Shown here: in pieces, positions 24,878 through 37,724 of the stretch
Position numbering within the stretch: position 1 is the stretch's first letter
Layout of the letters: the number at the start of each line of letters is the position of its first letter
Assembly (NCBI GenBank): GCA_976551045.1
Contig: CDPCPM010000013.1
Span: 14,136,001-14,200,000, forward strand
Direction: 5' to 3'
Length of the DNA stretch: 64,000 nt
Source: Glaucostegus cemiculus
Taxonomy: Eukaryota
Made by a program: the position numbers and the translations under genes
Notes under the pieces: generated by a model
What the model saw: only the letters and a program-made list of their open reading frames with translations
Database searches by the model: none
What the model was told of the DNA's origin: nothing

Positions 24878-25012
24878 ATGAAATCTGAAATAAAAACACT
24901 GCCAGAAATTCAGGCAGCATCTAATGAAAGGCTAACAACTTGAAATATATTAACTGTTTCTCTCTTCACAAATGCTGCCTGACTAGCTGAGAATCCCCAG
25001 CATTTTCTATTG
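24878..25012. mobile_element. Fold-back PLE-derived mini-element
   Basis: Perfect 11-bp inverted repeat tcaggcagcat (24910-24920) / atgctgcctga (24972-24982) around a decayed hammerhead core (ctaatgaaaggc...cttgaaa). Confidence 0.65.
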
Positions 25013-26729
25013 TTATCACAGCAATGTCCTGAATGCGACTGGTTCATTTGCTACATTTCATCACCATAAATGTTCAATACCCTATTGTAGGTGTTTGCTT
25101 ACATTAGACCACACACTAAATAGCCCTTTTATGATGCCATCTGTACAATCTATCCAGACAAGCAACAACAGCCTTTAACTTGTGTTGGCTACAAAATGTT
25201 GCAAATTGGTGAGGAGTGATGGGGGTACTGGGCAGGGTGGGAGCTTGTGCACTGAGTAGAAGTTGAAATTGGTGTGTCTGCTATTATTTGGTCTTAGTAT
25301 AAAGAGTTAAACATACTGTTTAAGAGCAAATTCTAGCCACTGGCAAGTCTTTCTCCTCAAGTCCACATGGAAGATACTCTGTTGCACTTGCAGACCAATA
25401 AATAAACATATACAGTTTACATCCGGCCAAAGAAATTCTGTTAAGGGGAATCTGATTCTAGATTATTTATCTCTTTTATAGTGCAGAGTTCAAGATTATG
25501 ACTAGAAACCCCATGAAGTTTGTCTAGCTGGTGGTTAAAAAGTCATTATTTATCAATTACCACTTCCTCAGATGGTTATCCACTGCCATTAAATACTTTT
25601 GTACCATCTGCCCTCTTGGTCAGCTTACTACTACTACTACATCTACTACTCTCTGTGTAAAGTTCTGAAGTTTAAACTGTATGGGAGTGTGATGCTTTAT
25701 ATTTAAATTCTTTTTAATCAGGCAAAAAGATTTTATGATATTTAGCATGATGATATCCATGCACCATTGTCATCAGGTACACTTGTATTGGTAAATCTTG
25801 CTGTGTGACAAAGAGAAAATTTTCATTCCAGGAACAGTGTCTCTTTAAGTAGCGGGAATTGCATTTCTTTTCACTGATGTCAGTGTGTAGCTAGCCCAAG
25901 AAAGCAATAGGTGGCTGAGTGATTTGAGCAGTCAGTCAACAATATGAACAAGGATTTGCCTACTGTGCTAGTTATTGTTGGTGTACTAAGAAAGGCTTAA
26001 TGACCTCTAGGAACAGCAATTGGTAAGATTAAACTAGTTAGTGTTTCATTAGTGCGTTACTTGACCTCTGAATATAGAATTGCAACAAGATATGCCAGCA
26101 AGGAACAGCAAAATGTTACCTTATTGAATTGCATTTTACAAACCTACATTCTTTTGAAGAATTGGATAGACAATACCAACCTTCTAGCATGAAGCTGATC
26201 CTCTTTGGATGAAGATTAAGGGAATTTAGGAATAAAGCAATGTTATCTGATTTGATCCTTTAACTTCCAATGTTGAAGTTTTTTCTAACCTTTCAAACAT
26301 GCCGTCATATAAACAGCTCTTCAATGCAAGCTTCAACTTGTGGCTCACATATACATTACTATTGATTAGATCATGCAACATGTGGAAAGTAGTATGTTGT
26401 TTGAAAACTTTCAGAAATGTTTGTCAGGATCTGTGTTTCAGTTGTTATTTTAGGTAGTGCAGTAAAAATTAAATCAGTGATATGTGTAACTAACTTGGAT
26501 TGAAGGGATAGTCTTAATTGAACTACAAATCCATTAGACTACTATTGCAGGTATACACGTAATGTTAATGATGCTTCCAGTGTGAGTGACATTGAAAGAA
26601 AAACTCATGTCATCTGTCCTAGAGTTACCTGAGAGTATGAGAAATGGAAGTGGTACAATATCAGATAGGGGCAGACTGGGAAGGAGTATGAGGCACCAAA
26701 GCAAAATTTAAAAATTTCAAGGTGTGATG

Positions 26730-28710
26730 AATGAAGTGAGCTACAAGCACAGGTAACTCGGTGGAGATATGGCATAATGGCAAGAGAAGCACTGAGAAAG
26801 GAGGGAAAGGTAGAGAATAGAATGAAACAAGACCTGTCAAGAGAACTCTTGAAATGTAAGCCAGGTAAATGCAATCAGTTGTGTGGAAAGAGAAGGTGAA
26901 AATAAAAATGGCAAAGAGAGAATAGGAGGCCAGTTAAGCTGAAAATCATGATTAGCATGTGAATATTAAGCAAGCAGCAATGGATGGCCAACCCTCAACT
27001 CAAAAATAGTGATATATGCTTGAAGGCAGAGTGCGATTAGAATACTTGATGAGTAACTTGGTTTGATGTTTATAAGGAAGAGGAGTCTGAAAATATTGGT
27101 AGAAGTGGAGATGGCAGAGATAATGTATGAGGAATAGATTGCCATTTTCCAATCATCTGCCTCATTCCTGGGGAAGATTGGAAAATTATGACAATGTGAC
27201 ACCTTTGTCAAGAAGGTGTGTAAGGACATTCTGAGCAACTGCACGCCTGTCAGTTTAATGTTTTGGTAATTGGTTTATTATTATCACATGCACTGAGATA
27301 GTGAGAAACTTCATTTTGCATGAGATCCACACAGATCATTTCAAAATGTAAGTACATTGAGGTAGTGCAAAATCAATCATAGAATTTAGATTGAAGAGTA
27401 GAACTATTATAATAGTAATGAATAGATCTGCTGAGAGCAGCTTGTAAAGAGTTGTCACACTCTGGTGCCATCTTGGAAAGTGGGAAAGATTTTAGAAACA
27501 ACAATCAGGAAAATAATTAACAGGCAGATTTTTGGAGATAATTGGAGAGCTAGCAAAAATTATTAAAGGCAGAAAATGTTTGACTGAACAAATTGAACTT
27601 TTTTGAAGTAACAAAGATTGATGAAGAGTATCTAGCAATGCTTATCAATATTGATTTTTTAAAAAAGTGTTTGACAAAGTACTAAATAAAAGACTGTTTA
27701 ACAGAATTGAGACTCATGGAATATGAGAGTCAGTGTCAGCTTGGATAACAGAAAGCAATTGACTTGAGGACAGAACACCGCAGTTTGTGGTAAATGGATG
27801 GTGGACTGTAGTGTTTCCGAAGAGACATCCCACGGACTACTGCTTTTACTGATATTTTTCAGTGACTTGGATATTGGAATACAGAATAAAGTTTCAAATT
27901 TGCCAATAATACAAAATTTGATGGTGTGACAAACTGACAGGAGGATACCTGTCAACAACATCAGGATAAGAATAGGAAAGAAGAATGGGCAGACAAGTGG
28001 TAGTTAGTCATTAATACAGAGCATTTTGTCTGGGCATTTTGTCAGGAGAGGTACATTGAAGCAGATTTGGTTGTAAAGTACACAGGACCTAGGGTTTTTG
28101 TGCATGGATTTTTAAAGAATGCAGGACATATTGAGAGAATAATAAGCAATGTATTATAAGATCTTGGGCTTCTTAATTAGAGATGCTGAGTTACAAAAGC
28201 AGAACTCTTAATTTCTGGTCCTCTGGGTAGGCCATAACTAGGGTATTGTGTTCAGTTCTGTTTCCCTAATTTTAGGAACAATGTGAAAATTCTTACTTAC
28301 TGGAATGGTTACAAGCTTGAAGAGCTAAAAAGTTAAGTTGAGAAACACTATTTGTTCTCTGGAGTAGTTGAGGAAAGATTTTAGAGGTGTACAAGATCAC
28401 AAGTTTAGAAAAGGTAGACAAAGGAAGACTGTTCCCATTAGATTTAAGATATGGACAAGAAATACAGGGCATGTATGAGGAAGAATTTTTTTATGGATCA
28501 AAAGTAATGACTTGGATCTCACTGCCTGCATGGGCATTGGAACTGGAGATGATCAGTGATTTCAGAAGGATATTAAATAGGCACTTGAAGAAAATATGTC
28601 AGCTCATAGGAATAGAGCAAGGAAATGGGACTGATTAGATCACTGAACAAGGAGCTAGACTAGACGATGGGTTGAGTGCCTCCTGAACCTTATTGACTTC
28701 ATGAGCTTGA
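26730..28710 (+). mobile_element. Fragmented CR1/HER1 LINE (endonuclease and RT pieces plus 3' end)
   Basis: EDWK.....PLS.K..K...SNCTPVSL remnant at ~27170-27260, FDKV at ~27670, KFANNTK at ~27897; ORF 28387-28638 (EKVDKGRLFPL...TWISLP...LEMISDFRRILNRHL) is the CR1 C-terminus. Confidence 0.8.
27265..27475 (-). mobile_element. Rex1-type 3' tail inserted in CR1
   Basis: ggtttattattatcacatgcactgagatagtgagaaactt...tgcatgagatccacacagatcatttc interrupts the CR1 between SL and GK. Confidence 0.5.
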
Positions 28711-29894
28711 TTGTGAGTTCATTGTAATCAAGAAACATTGCATTGCTTTTAAATTAACTAAGTGCAAGTGTATCTCATGTTGATGCCTGTCTTATGTTTC
28801 TAGTGAAACCTAACCCCTTTGCTCTTCTTTCCCTCCCATGTGTGATCTCCCTCAGCTGAATGAAACTGAGGTATCCTGGCATTGCAGGCCCACTGTGTTG
28901 TACATAATATGATACGACATTATGAAAATCATGAATGAAGCACATTAATATTTTGGTTGTGACCCTCCATCCACAGGAAGGAACTTTGGTTTCTGTCACA
29001 TCTAACGAAGTAGGGAATGGATTGTGTTGGATGGGGGATCTTCAGCCCCAGGCATCCTCTCTGCAGGTGCAGATTTTTTTCTTTTATTCTGATGTTTCAT
29101 GTGTGCTCATGTGCATTGATACAGTATGTATGTGTGAACTTTCACCCATATCAGTTAGTAGCATGAGGTGAAGACAATGGTTTGATTTCCTCCTACAATA
29201 ATTGGGAAAATGTTCTTTTGGTTAGTTTTGCAGAATTTCTGGCACACAGGCTATATGCCATTATTCTTCCACTGTTTAAATGGGTTAGGATTTTTGAATG
29301 ATAAAGAGACTTTATCTGGTCTCGTGCCACAAACCATTCCTCAGCTGAATTATCTTAATGTATGTTGAGGTACCAAGCCATTGACACTGTGCATATGATT
29401 TCCCTTTAGTTCCCATTTAGTTTCTGTCCTTCTCGCCTGAAGGCTTCCTTGCTGCATTTTCATGGGTGGTTATAAACTCTCACACCACATCATCCACTCT
29501 AATACTTTAACCTAGTAGTCCATTCTTCCTCAACATTCTCTCTTTGAGAATATAAACCAGTAAGCACATCAAAAGTAATTCTAAATCAGTCCTCATTTGT
29601 TATACACCTATTCTGCCAGTTTGGGATGAAGGATTAGTCTTTGGCTGACCTTTGCCTTCATTAGCCAGGGGCACTCAGGCCAACAGTAGAATAATTGGTC
29701 CCAATCTACTTTAAATGGGTGAATTCAGCATGGACTAAGAATTGAAGCTTTTACCTCATGATCTTTATGCAAAGGGGTTTTTAAAACTTGTTTTGAGTTA
29801 ATGGGTGATCTGACTGACAACTGTAGGCCTGCTGGACAGAAGGCATATGTGTGCTTATGAATGTGCACAAATGAGAATTTGGCATTCCCCCTAT

Positions 29895-30130
29895 GGTTAA
29901 GTAGCCTGGCAACCTTCAATGATTAGATTCATTGTGTGTGCTAATGATCTGGAAGGTACTGTCTACAAGGGTGGTGGATGGGGAAATGATAAATGATTTC
30001 AAAAGTAAATTTAATAGGCATAAGGGAAATAAACCTGTAGATATAAGGGTTACTCTATACGTAGCAGAGGAATAGAACTAAATAGATTACTGTACAGAGA
30101 ACCAGCATGGACTTGATGGCCAAATGCCAA
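29895..30130 (+). mobile_element. CR1 3' end, decayed
   Basis: tctggaaggtactgtctacaagggtggtgg...gatttcaaaagtaaatttaatagg...agaaccagcatggacttgatggccaaatg. Confidence 0.6.
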
Positions 30131-30820
30131 AGCATTGAAGAATTCATGGCGTCCATGGGATTTCCTTTGGCTTCAATCAATGCCATTTGGAAAGAATAAA
30201 TGGCCCAGTGGGGGGAAAAAATCACCTGTGTAAAGTGCAATCACTTTTTTCTCATTTAATTTTCTGTTTGCTCATCTTTCCCCTGGTTTAGAAACTGAAG
30301 TGCAGCCTTGCATATTTCCTGGGGAAGAAACATTTCAATCAATGGCAGAGGAGTATTTGTAGTGCAATCTAAAGGATTTAAGGGTCAGAAAAGGAAAACT
30401 CGACAAGCATTTGCAGAGTGGATGGATGTGCTGGGAAAGAGTCCTTTTACCTGCTTAGTAAAGTGGATCCATTTCTTTGCCCAAGTAAAATAATGGGCTG
30501 TACCAAGGAGATCTTTAATCAGTACCTACTCTTTAAAGAAAGAAATTTGTTAAATATGTATCGTTCAGAGCGTTAGATTGAAAAGAATGTCCAGTTTACA
30601 ATTCCTTTAACATAAAATATACCCTCCAGCAGTAGTACAGGATTTGACTGTTAGACGAGATTGTTCTTTCTCAACTAATCCTCAGTTTGTGCTTTGGCAC
30701 GGTTGAATATTTTCAGGGTTTTAATTACATTTTCAGTTCTTAAGAAATAGGAGTTCTCTATAATGTGACTCTGCAAAGTCAAAAGCCTTTTAAAATATCT
30801 GAAAGACTTCAGCACTTTAA

Positions 30821-31095
30821 GTGTAGCAGTTAGTGTAACACTATTACAGCACCAGCAACCTGGGTCCAATTCTGGCTGCTGTCTGTAAGGAGCTTGTACA
30901 TTCTTCCCGTGTCTGTGTGGGTTTCCTCCGGGTGCTCTGATTTCCTCTCACATTCCAAAGGTTTACGGGTTAGAAGTTGTGGGCATGCTATGTTGGCACC
31001 AGAAGCATGTTGACACTTGCTGGCTGCCCCAGCACATTCTACACAAAGATGCATTTCACTATTTCGATGTACATGTGACTAATAAAGAGATCTTA
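30821..31095 (+). mobile_element. V-SINE with alternative (Rex1-like) 3' tail
   Basis: tRNA-like head gtgtagcagttagtgtaac...gggtccaattc; V-domain gtctgtgtgggtttcctccgggtgctctg; tail gcatttcac...gtacatgtgactaataaa. Confidence 0.85.
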
Positions 31096-31689
31096 TAATA
31101 TTTGCTTCAGTTACCATCCCTCCACCTATTCTCCATTCACCTTTATCTTGTATAAAAAAATTAAAGAAATTGAAATCAAGCATCCTTTTTCTTTAAAGGA
31201 CAGATAAGAGCTGTGGACCAGCTGCAGTCAGCAGGATCTGTTAAAGTCAATAGCAGAAGCTCCATTCCCTCATAAGCACCCCAGAAACCAAACTTGCTGC
31301 AAAAATAAAGGCAATTGCCAATGAGGGTACCATTGTTGCTCAACCTTTGTCAGTGAGATTTTAACATAACATTCCAAGAATTAGACATTTTTGCCAAATG
31401 GCATAAATAAATTAGGGGGAAAAAAACTGTCAGCCAATCGGCCAAATCCTGGCAGATGTAATAATGTCTTTTTCAGACCAGCATAAATTTGATGTGAGAT
31501 TGGGCTGATGCTCATTTCGGTCATTCTCGAAGTCTGAAGAACATATTTGATTCCTGTTTGGTACTGCATCACCTCTTAGTGGGAGTTTCTACATTTGGGT
31601 AGATGTTAACATTTCTTTTTTTTTCTGGCTAGTGAGGTGTCCTGAGCAACCAGCAAAAAAAGACTGCTGCCAAGGTTTGTGGTATTGTC

Positions 31690-31900
31690 CAAAGGAACAA
31701 GAGAACATAACATATCCAGTGACTTTGCCAAGATGCTTCACAGAGGTCTAATTAATTCAAGGGGAGGATTAGAAGGGGTGGTTAGCAAGCCAAGTTTTAT
31801 GGAGAGTCCTGAGAGGATGTGGAGAGAGTTTAAAAAAAGGATTCACAAAAAACTGGAGCCAGAACAATAGAATGTGTAAGAAAAGGCACGAGATGAAGAA
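31690..31900 (-). mobile_element. L2 3' fragment, decayed
   Basis: ggattagaaggggtggttagcaagc...ttttatggagagtcctgagagg resembles the L2 3' end at 43.9-44.1 kb. Confidence 0.4.
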
Positions 31901-32299
31901 TGGGAGGGTGTTAGAAATGGGGTGAGGCAAGGTATCAGTGAGGTTCAAACTCCAGCATCTGTTTTGCCCATATCATATGCCATCACAACCAGAATTTGGC
32001 ATGGTGCTCCAAACAACAGATTTAGATGTGCTGCAGATAACAATTTGCAGTAGATTGGTGTCCTGACACCAGTATGTTGGAGTAATGAAGATGACAGAGC
32101 CTTGGTGAGGATTAGAGGGAATTAAGATAGAATCGGGCAATATCATTCATCAATATTAATTATGGGAGTTTTCATGAGTGAAATTGTTGATACTGATATT
32201 GACATGAACCCTGAATATGGTAAAGGTGCCAATAATTGACTTCCTTTCAGAGTGAAGGTCATTTTGTTGTTTTTTGTATTGTTAAATAATTATTATTTA

Positions 32300-32450
32300 T
32301 TTGGGCTATTTGTGGGTCTCGAGCATTAATTGATAATTTCTAATTGCTGAAGGTGGTGTTGAGTAGGCTTCCTGAGTAGCTGCAGCCTGTGCGAAGGTGC
32401 TGTCACTGTGCTGTGGGTAAAAGGGATTCCAGGCATTATACTGATTAGTC
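32300..32450 (-). mobile_element. CR1-clade LINE 3' fragment (same family as 59435-59755)
   Basis: gagcattaattg...taattgctgaaggtggtgttgagtaggcttcctgagtagctgcagcc. Confidence 0.45.
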
Positions 32451-33689
32451 TATTATATTTCATATCCCATCACAATCATATCCCATTGAGGAGAGAGGGA
32501 ACACTGATGGGAATACATTCTTGAGACCTGGTATCCATTAAGTTTTCAACAGGTTAACATTCAAATCTAAAAATAATTTGTATTATTATAAGTAGTGCTA
32601 CACCATGTTCCCAGGATGTTGTTCATGTCCAGAGAGTTACTACTTGTAATACTCAGTTGTAATGTTTCTCAAAACTTCACTGTTCTGACCTTTCATGTGG
32701 CCTTTTGTAGTCATTGAGGTTGTTGTTTGATATTGAGGTTTAATATATTTAATGAGCCCTTGTTACCCTCTTGAAGTGTAGTCTAAGGGAGAAAGTGGTG
32801 AGTCCTGTGAATTTAATTTTTCATCACTGCACAAGACCAGTAAATCTGGGACTGTAAAGAAAGTGTAAGTCAGAATATACCTATTGTTTGTTGGAAAATG
32901 ACATTTCAGCAGTTCCTTGAGCTATTTATAAACTTCTGCTGGGAATCAAATAAGGGAAGGAAAGGAAAACTATTTTGAACATGATAACTATATTTGCAAA
33001 CCATATTACCCCACAAATGAAACTGGATTTTATTCCTTGGGCCTGTGCCTTTGCTAATGCCAAGTAATGCACAAAGGCCTCTCACTGAGTTCATTTCCAG
33101 TTAATCCATTACCATTCTTCTATTTCATTCTCTGGAAAAGTATTACAATCCAGGTATTAGGTGAAGGAACTGAGAGCCTTCTGCTTGGCAAGAATTTTGT
33201 GTGTGTGCGCGTGTGTGCACTTGTGCACACTTGTATGTAGGTGTATGCACACGTGCTAAGTCTGTGCAGCAGAGTCTCTGATTGTGTTGGACCTCCTTGC
33301 CATTGGACCAAGACTTCACTCCAAGTCTGTGTGGTAGCTGATGTGCAACAATCACACCACATTAAAAGAATTCATACACTCACATTGTCCCCTTCTCAGA
33401 GATGGAGTGAAAGCAAATCACCCTTAATCCTAAAGGACTGCCTAAAAATAAGAGGAGATTCAGTACTTGAATAGTTAAAGTCTTGTGGTGAAAGTGTTAT
33501 GCAAACAGTTGACCACAAATACAACCCTGTGCATCCAGTGGCAGTAAAAAGATTAACCCTTTGAAATCAACCAAGTGTCTTCCCTCCACGGCTCAACTAT
33601 CATCCACAAACAAATAGATGGATTCATTTCAAGAATGAAGACAGGAAATCTCTGGATTTAAGAATCAACAAACAGATCACCAGAAAGGA

Positions 33690-33785
33690 AGAAGATGCTG
33701 GAAATACTCAGTAGGTCAGACAGCATCAGTAGAAGAGGAAACACAGTTAATGTTTCAGATCTGAGACCCTTTGTCAGAACAGAAA
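33690..33785 (-). mobile_element. PLE terminal-repeat fragment with hammerhead-like core
   Basis: Reverse strand gttctgacaaagggtctcagatctgaaacattaactgtg...gatgctgtctgacctactgagtatttccagcatc. Confidence 0.75.
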
Positions 33786-34039
33786 AGGATTGATTTACAC
33801 CAAAAAGATTTTGAAGAAAGGATTAAAACAACTTTAACTTCCTTTCCTGCTTAATGTATTGTATGTATTTTTTTAAATCCAAGCTAAAATATGCATATAT
33901 GATGGTAGGTCATTAAATCAGTAGGTAAATGGTTAATACTTGATTCTCCACCCACTAATTGTTAGGTTACTGCACATGACTTACTGTACCCTGTTTTCAT
34001 TCTTGAAACTAAGAGTACTATTACAAAATGTTTCATTGC

Positions 34040-34260
34040 TGCCCTGATGGGTTCAGTGAGTTTATCCACTGAGTGGCTGAACAATCCAGATTGTTTCTTT
34101 GATCTTCAGTTTGCCTGAGCTTGCTATTCTCAGTTGAACTACTGGTAAGGCACTACAACTGACTTTAGTAAGCCAGGTTTAGAGAAGGGAAATTAGCCAG
34201 AGTTCCTTCACCTCTTGAAAGCATGTGCATATGTGTGAAGGATGGGCAAGACCACACTCT
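34040..34260 (+). mobile_element. Ancient SINE (family uncertain)
   Basis: ctgagcttgctattctcag...aaggcactacaactgac...gggaaattagccagagttcc. Confidence 0.4.
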
Positions 34261-34999
34261 GTTTAACACACTTTTTTAAAAATCCCCTCCTCCTTTCCCC
34301 ATGTTATTGAACAGTCCAGAGATAATGATGGTGATGGCTTTGGTGAATGATTTGTGGAGATAATTTTTGTGACGGTGCACCTCAGTAGGATGTAACACCT
34401 TGAGAGGAAAGGAAAGTTATAGAGCAAGCAGTGAGTAGGAGGAAGCGTCTTACTTTGTCTTTTGTGAAGCATCATGTGACCAAATGGTATCTGAACATTT
34501 TAAAACTGACATTCTGTGACAGTTCTCACAAAGGCATCTGAATTTTGCACTAGTGTGGTGGCTGGATAATGATTGGGATTACCAAAGAAGAAAAGTTCTG
34601 GTGTATCTATATGCAGGACAGACTGTGATCATTTTCGACAGGGAAGTCGTATGCTGTGTCTGCTTTGTAATAATGACATGGACTAGATCAAACAGTCTGC
34701 TGGAAGAGCTTGAACTGCAAGTGTATATAGTTCAAGTGTTCTTCCTTGCAAATATACTGTTATCTCTTTTGATGTAGTTACTGTGCCTTACTGTAGTTAC
34801 TTGTTCTTACATAAGAACAAGTGTGAACCATTCAGCCCCTCACTGTTCCACCATTCAATTAGATCATGGTTTATCTGTTATCTAAACTGTTTGCTTCAAG
34901 GTGCTCTAGACACTGGCTTTTCACTTTCAGATTTAGTCTCACACTGCTGACATTAAGAGTCTCCCATAAAAGAAAGGGCTGCTGTGAATATGCAAGTCT

Positions 35000-35375
35000 A
35001 TCACAACTCCAAGAAGCATTGCAAGATGATTCATACAGATTACTTTACAAAAATAGTCATTGTTATGCATGCAACCACAGCAAGCAATTTGTGTACAATG
35101 AAGTGTACACAAAGACCTAACCTCTGACTGAATTGGTTTCTGCTGATGTTAGATTGGTAACACAGGCATACCAGAAGAAACCCTGCAGCTCTTTGAGTCA
35201 CACCTTGACATCTTTAATATTCAGTTGATAAAGAAATGGTGGCTCAGTTCATAGTGTCAGTGGAAGGGTTTACAGCATTTGCAACTCCAGAATACTACAC
35301 CAAAGTATCAATTTAGATTATATGCTTACACTCCTGGAGTGATACTTGAAGCCACAACTTTCCTCCTTGCTGAAG
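35000..35375 (-). mobile_element. DeuSINE (SacSINE1-like), decayed
   Basis: agtcattgttatg...cagcaagcaatttgtgtaca...ctggagtgatacttgaagccacaactttc is the reverse complement of the Deu body and head. Confidence 0.55.
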
Positions 35376-35489
35376 TAAGATATTAACAAAATTCCTACTT
35401 AATACTTGGATAAGGGGAAAGATGTTTGCCAAGTTTGTTAACATTGGAAATGTTAAGTAGTGCTGCTCATAAAATTTTAGATTTTTTTG

Positions 35490-35750
35490 TATGAGATGTT
35501 AACAGAGGCCTTGTCTGATCTCAAATAAGTGTGAAAAATCCCATGGCATTATTTCAAAGAAGAACAGGTGTCCTTGCCAATATTTCTGTCTCAATCAAAA
35601 TTACCAAAATTATTTATTTAGTTATTGTCACATTGTGGAAGCTTGCCACGCACAGATTGGCCACTGTTTCTTACATTACAACAATGCCTGCTTCAAAACT
35701 ACTTTGTGATGTGTAAAGCTCATTGGGGTGTCCTGAAAGGCCCTGTGTCT
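35490..35750 (+). mobile_element. DeuSINE (SacSINE1-like)
   Basis: gagatgttaacagaggccttgtctg...aaatcccatggcattatttcaaagaagaacagg...gcacagattggccactgtttcttacattacaacaatg. Confidence 0.8.
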
Positions 35751-36919
35751 TTCCATGTTAGTCTCCTCAATGAGAAAGAAAAGTAAGTACAGAATAAACA
35801 GCTTAGCCTGACAAAACAGAGACCAAATTCACCCCCACCATCTCCAAAAAGTTTAGTTCTTATTTTTTCTAGGTATTGGATTTATTAATAAACATTAAGT
35901 TTATTAATATTTGCAGAACATCTGATCTCCTTCTTTGGATGGCTGTAGCCTTTTTCTATTTTATCTTTTACTGGAATAATTTTAGAATGTTGCAGACATT
36001 ATTGTAGTCGGTGTATTTTCCAGAAAGCCAGCGTGAAACACCAATTCTTACCTCAAAATAAAGAACATGATCTCTCCTTCATCTGTGCTGTTGATGTATT
36101 TAAAATAATTAAGACCAATGATCCTGTTCAGACATTTTCTCAATATTAATGCATTGGTTATTGTTGGGTAACTGCAGTGAGCCACATGGCTTGTGGGTGG
36201 TGAATCAAGTAAGAAGGTGAATGAGGCTGTGTGGAGAGCTGGGTTACCACAGTGTGACAATTTAATGTAACAATAAAAAATAGGATTCAGAGCACTTGAC
36301 CCTTGTAAAAGGCTGGAAGTACTTTTAGCCACAACACTGACATCCAGCTTGCCTCTGTCTTATTATTTCAATGTTCTGCCTCAGCTGTTGCAGCAAATGC
36401 AAGAGCATCACAATTAACAATGAATGATGTAAAGATTTTTACAGAAATAAATGCAAAACTCCCATATGCTATTCGTAACCTAATGAATAGGAATGCACAT
36501 ATTTAACCTGATATTACACCGCTTCTCATCCCAAACCATTTTCAGCCCTGCTGTGCAGACACAAACACTGAGCACGCACATTCTTGTTTGCTATTACCTA
36601 ATTCACTCAAACAAAGAAGCAAATTTACTGAAAGGTATAATCTGTTGTAAGTTAGAGACAGTTAAATGCAATTGAAAATTGCTTGAAAGTGCCTTGCCAA
36701 GTGAAGGTTTTTTTTACTTTGAAACTGGCTGTAATTATATGGATCAGAGATGATGGCTTTTGAGGTGCCTTCAGATAGCTGGTAGTGTTTACAGGAATGA
36801 TGAGCAGTGAGGGAAGTACCTGCAATGTGTGGTCAAACATAGTGTGTAAGGGGGATTACTTCTGAAATAATTGCTTCTGTAACTCTTCTGCTCATAGTTG
36901 ATGCAGAGAATTGGATTTG

Positions 36920-37715
36920 AAAATCAAAAACTGCAGGTGTTGGAAATCTGAAATAAAAACAGGAAATGCAGGAAATATTCAGCAGGTCAGTCAGCTCACC
37001 AGCCTCTGCATCCTTCACAGTTTCAACCACCTTCAATGAGATTTCACCATCAGACACATCAATCATTCTGCCTCCCCTTCCAGCATTTCTTTTGTGACTC
37101 TCTGGTCCATCCTTGTCTCTTTTTATGGCACTTTCCTAAGCAACTGCAGGTGATGCAATGCCTGTCCTTTCATCTCTTCCCTTCCCACCATCCAGGGACC
37201 CAAATGCATTCAGCTGAAGCAGTGATTCACTTGCACTTCCATCTTGCATACAGCATTCAATGTTTACAATGCGATCTCTGTGCTGGAGAAACCAAACACA
37301 GATTGGGGAATGCTTTATGGAGCATGTGTGTTCATACACCAGAGGTGAACCTATGCTTCCTGTTATCAGCCACTTTAATTCTCCATCCCAGTCCTGTTTT
37401 TTGCCTATCTGTCTGTGGCCTCCTGCACTTTTTTAATGAGGCCCACCGTAAGCTTGAGGAACAGCACCTCATCTTCTCTCTGGGCAAGTTGCAGGTGTTG
37501 GCACAGACTGATCCATTAGCACAGACTGACCTGCCCAGTGTGTCCTGATGCCCTGCATTTTGCAACTAGTACATTCCCTTGTCTGTTTTCTCACACTATA
37601 AATGCCCTCAATTTAGTTTTTATCAACCAAGGACTGTGTTCTCTCTCCTTAACTGCCCCCATTAATCAGATGACTTTGTTTACAGCTTACCCCCTTTGTT
37701 TGCGGTTTACCCCCA
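36920..37715 (+). mobile_element. Penelope-like element remnant with GIY-YIG endonuclease fossil and inverted terminal piece
   Basis: ORF 37036-37548 contains LAYSIQCLQCDLCAGETKHRLG and RKLEEQHLIFSLG, matching PLE VYCIRC..C...YIGETKRRLG...RKLEEQHLIFRLG; 36925-36995 is an inverted tail copy. Confidence 0.85.
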
Positions 37716-37724
37716 GGATATTCT

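Noticed and set aside
33199-33256. Alternating purine-pyrimidine tract with a small hairpin
   Set aside because: Decayed (GT)n/(GC) microsatellite, a common feature
35851-35878. Further YAG|GT motifs (35872, 47990, 49636, 51006)
   Set aside because: Donor halves are weak, or the sites lie inside DeuSINEs; expected by chance in T-rich DNA
37036-37548. 170-aa ORF as a functional GIY-YIG nuclease
   Set aside because: Catalytic motifs are degenerate and the frame is mosaic; it is a Penelope fossil
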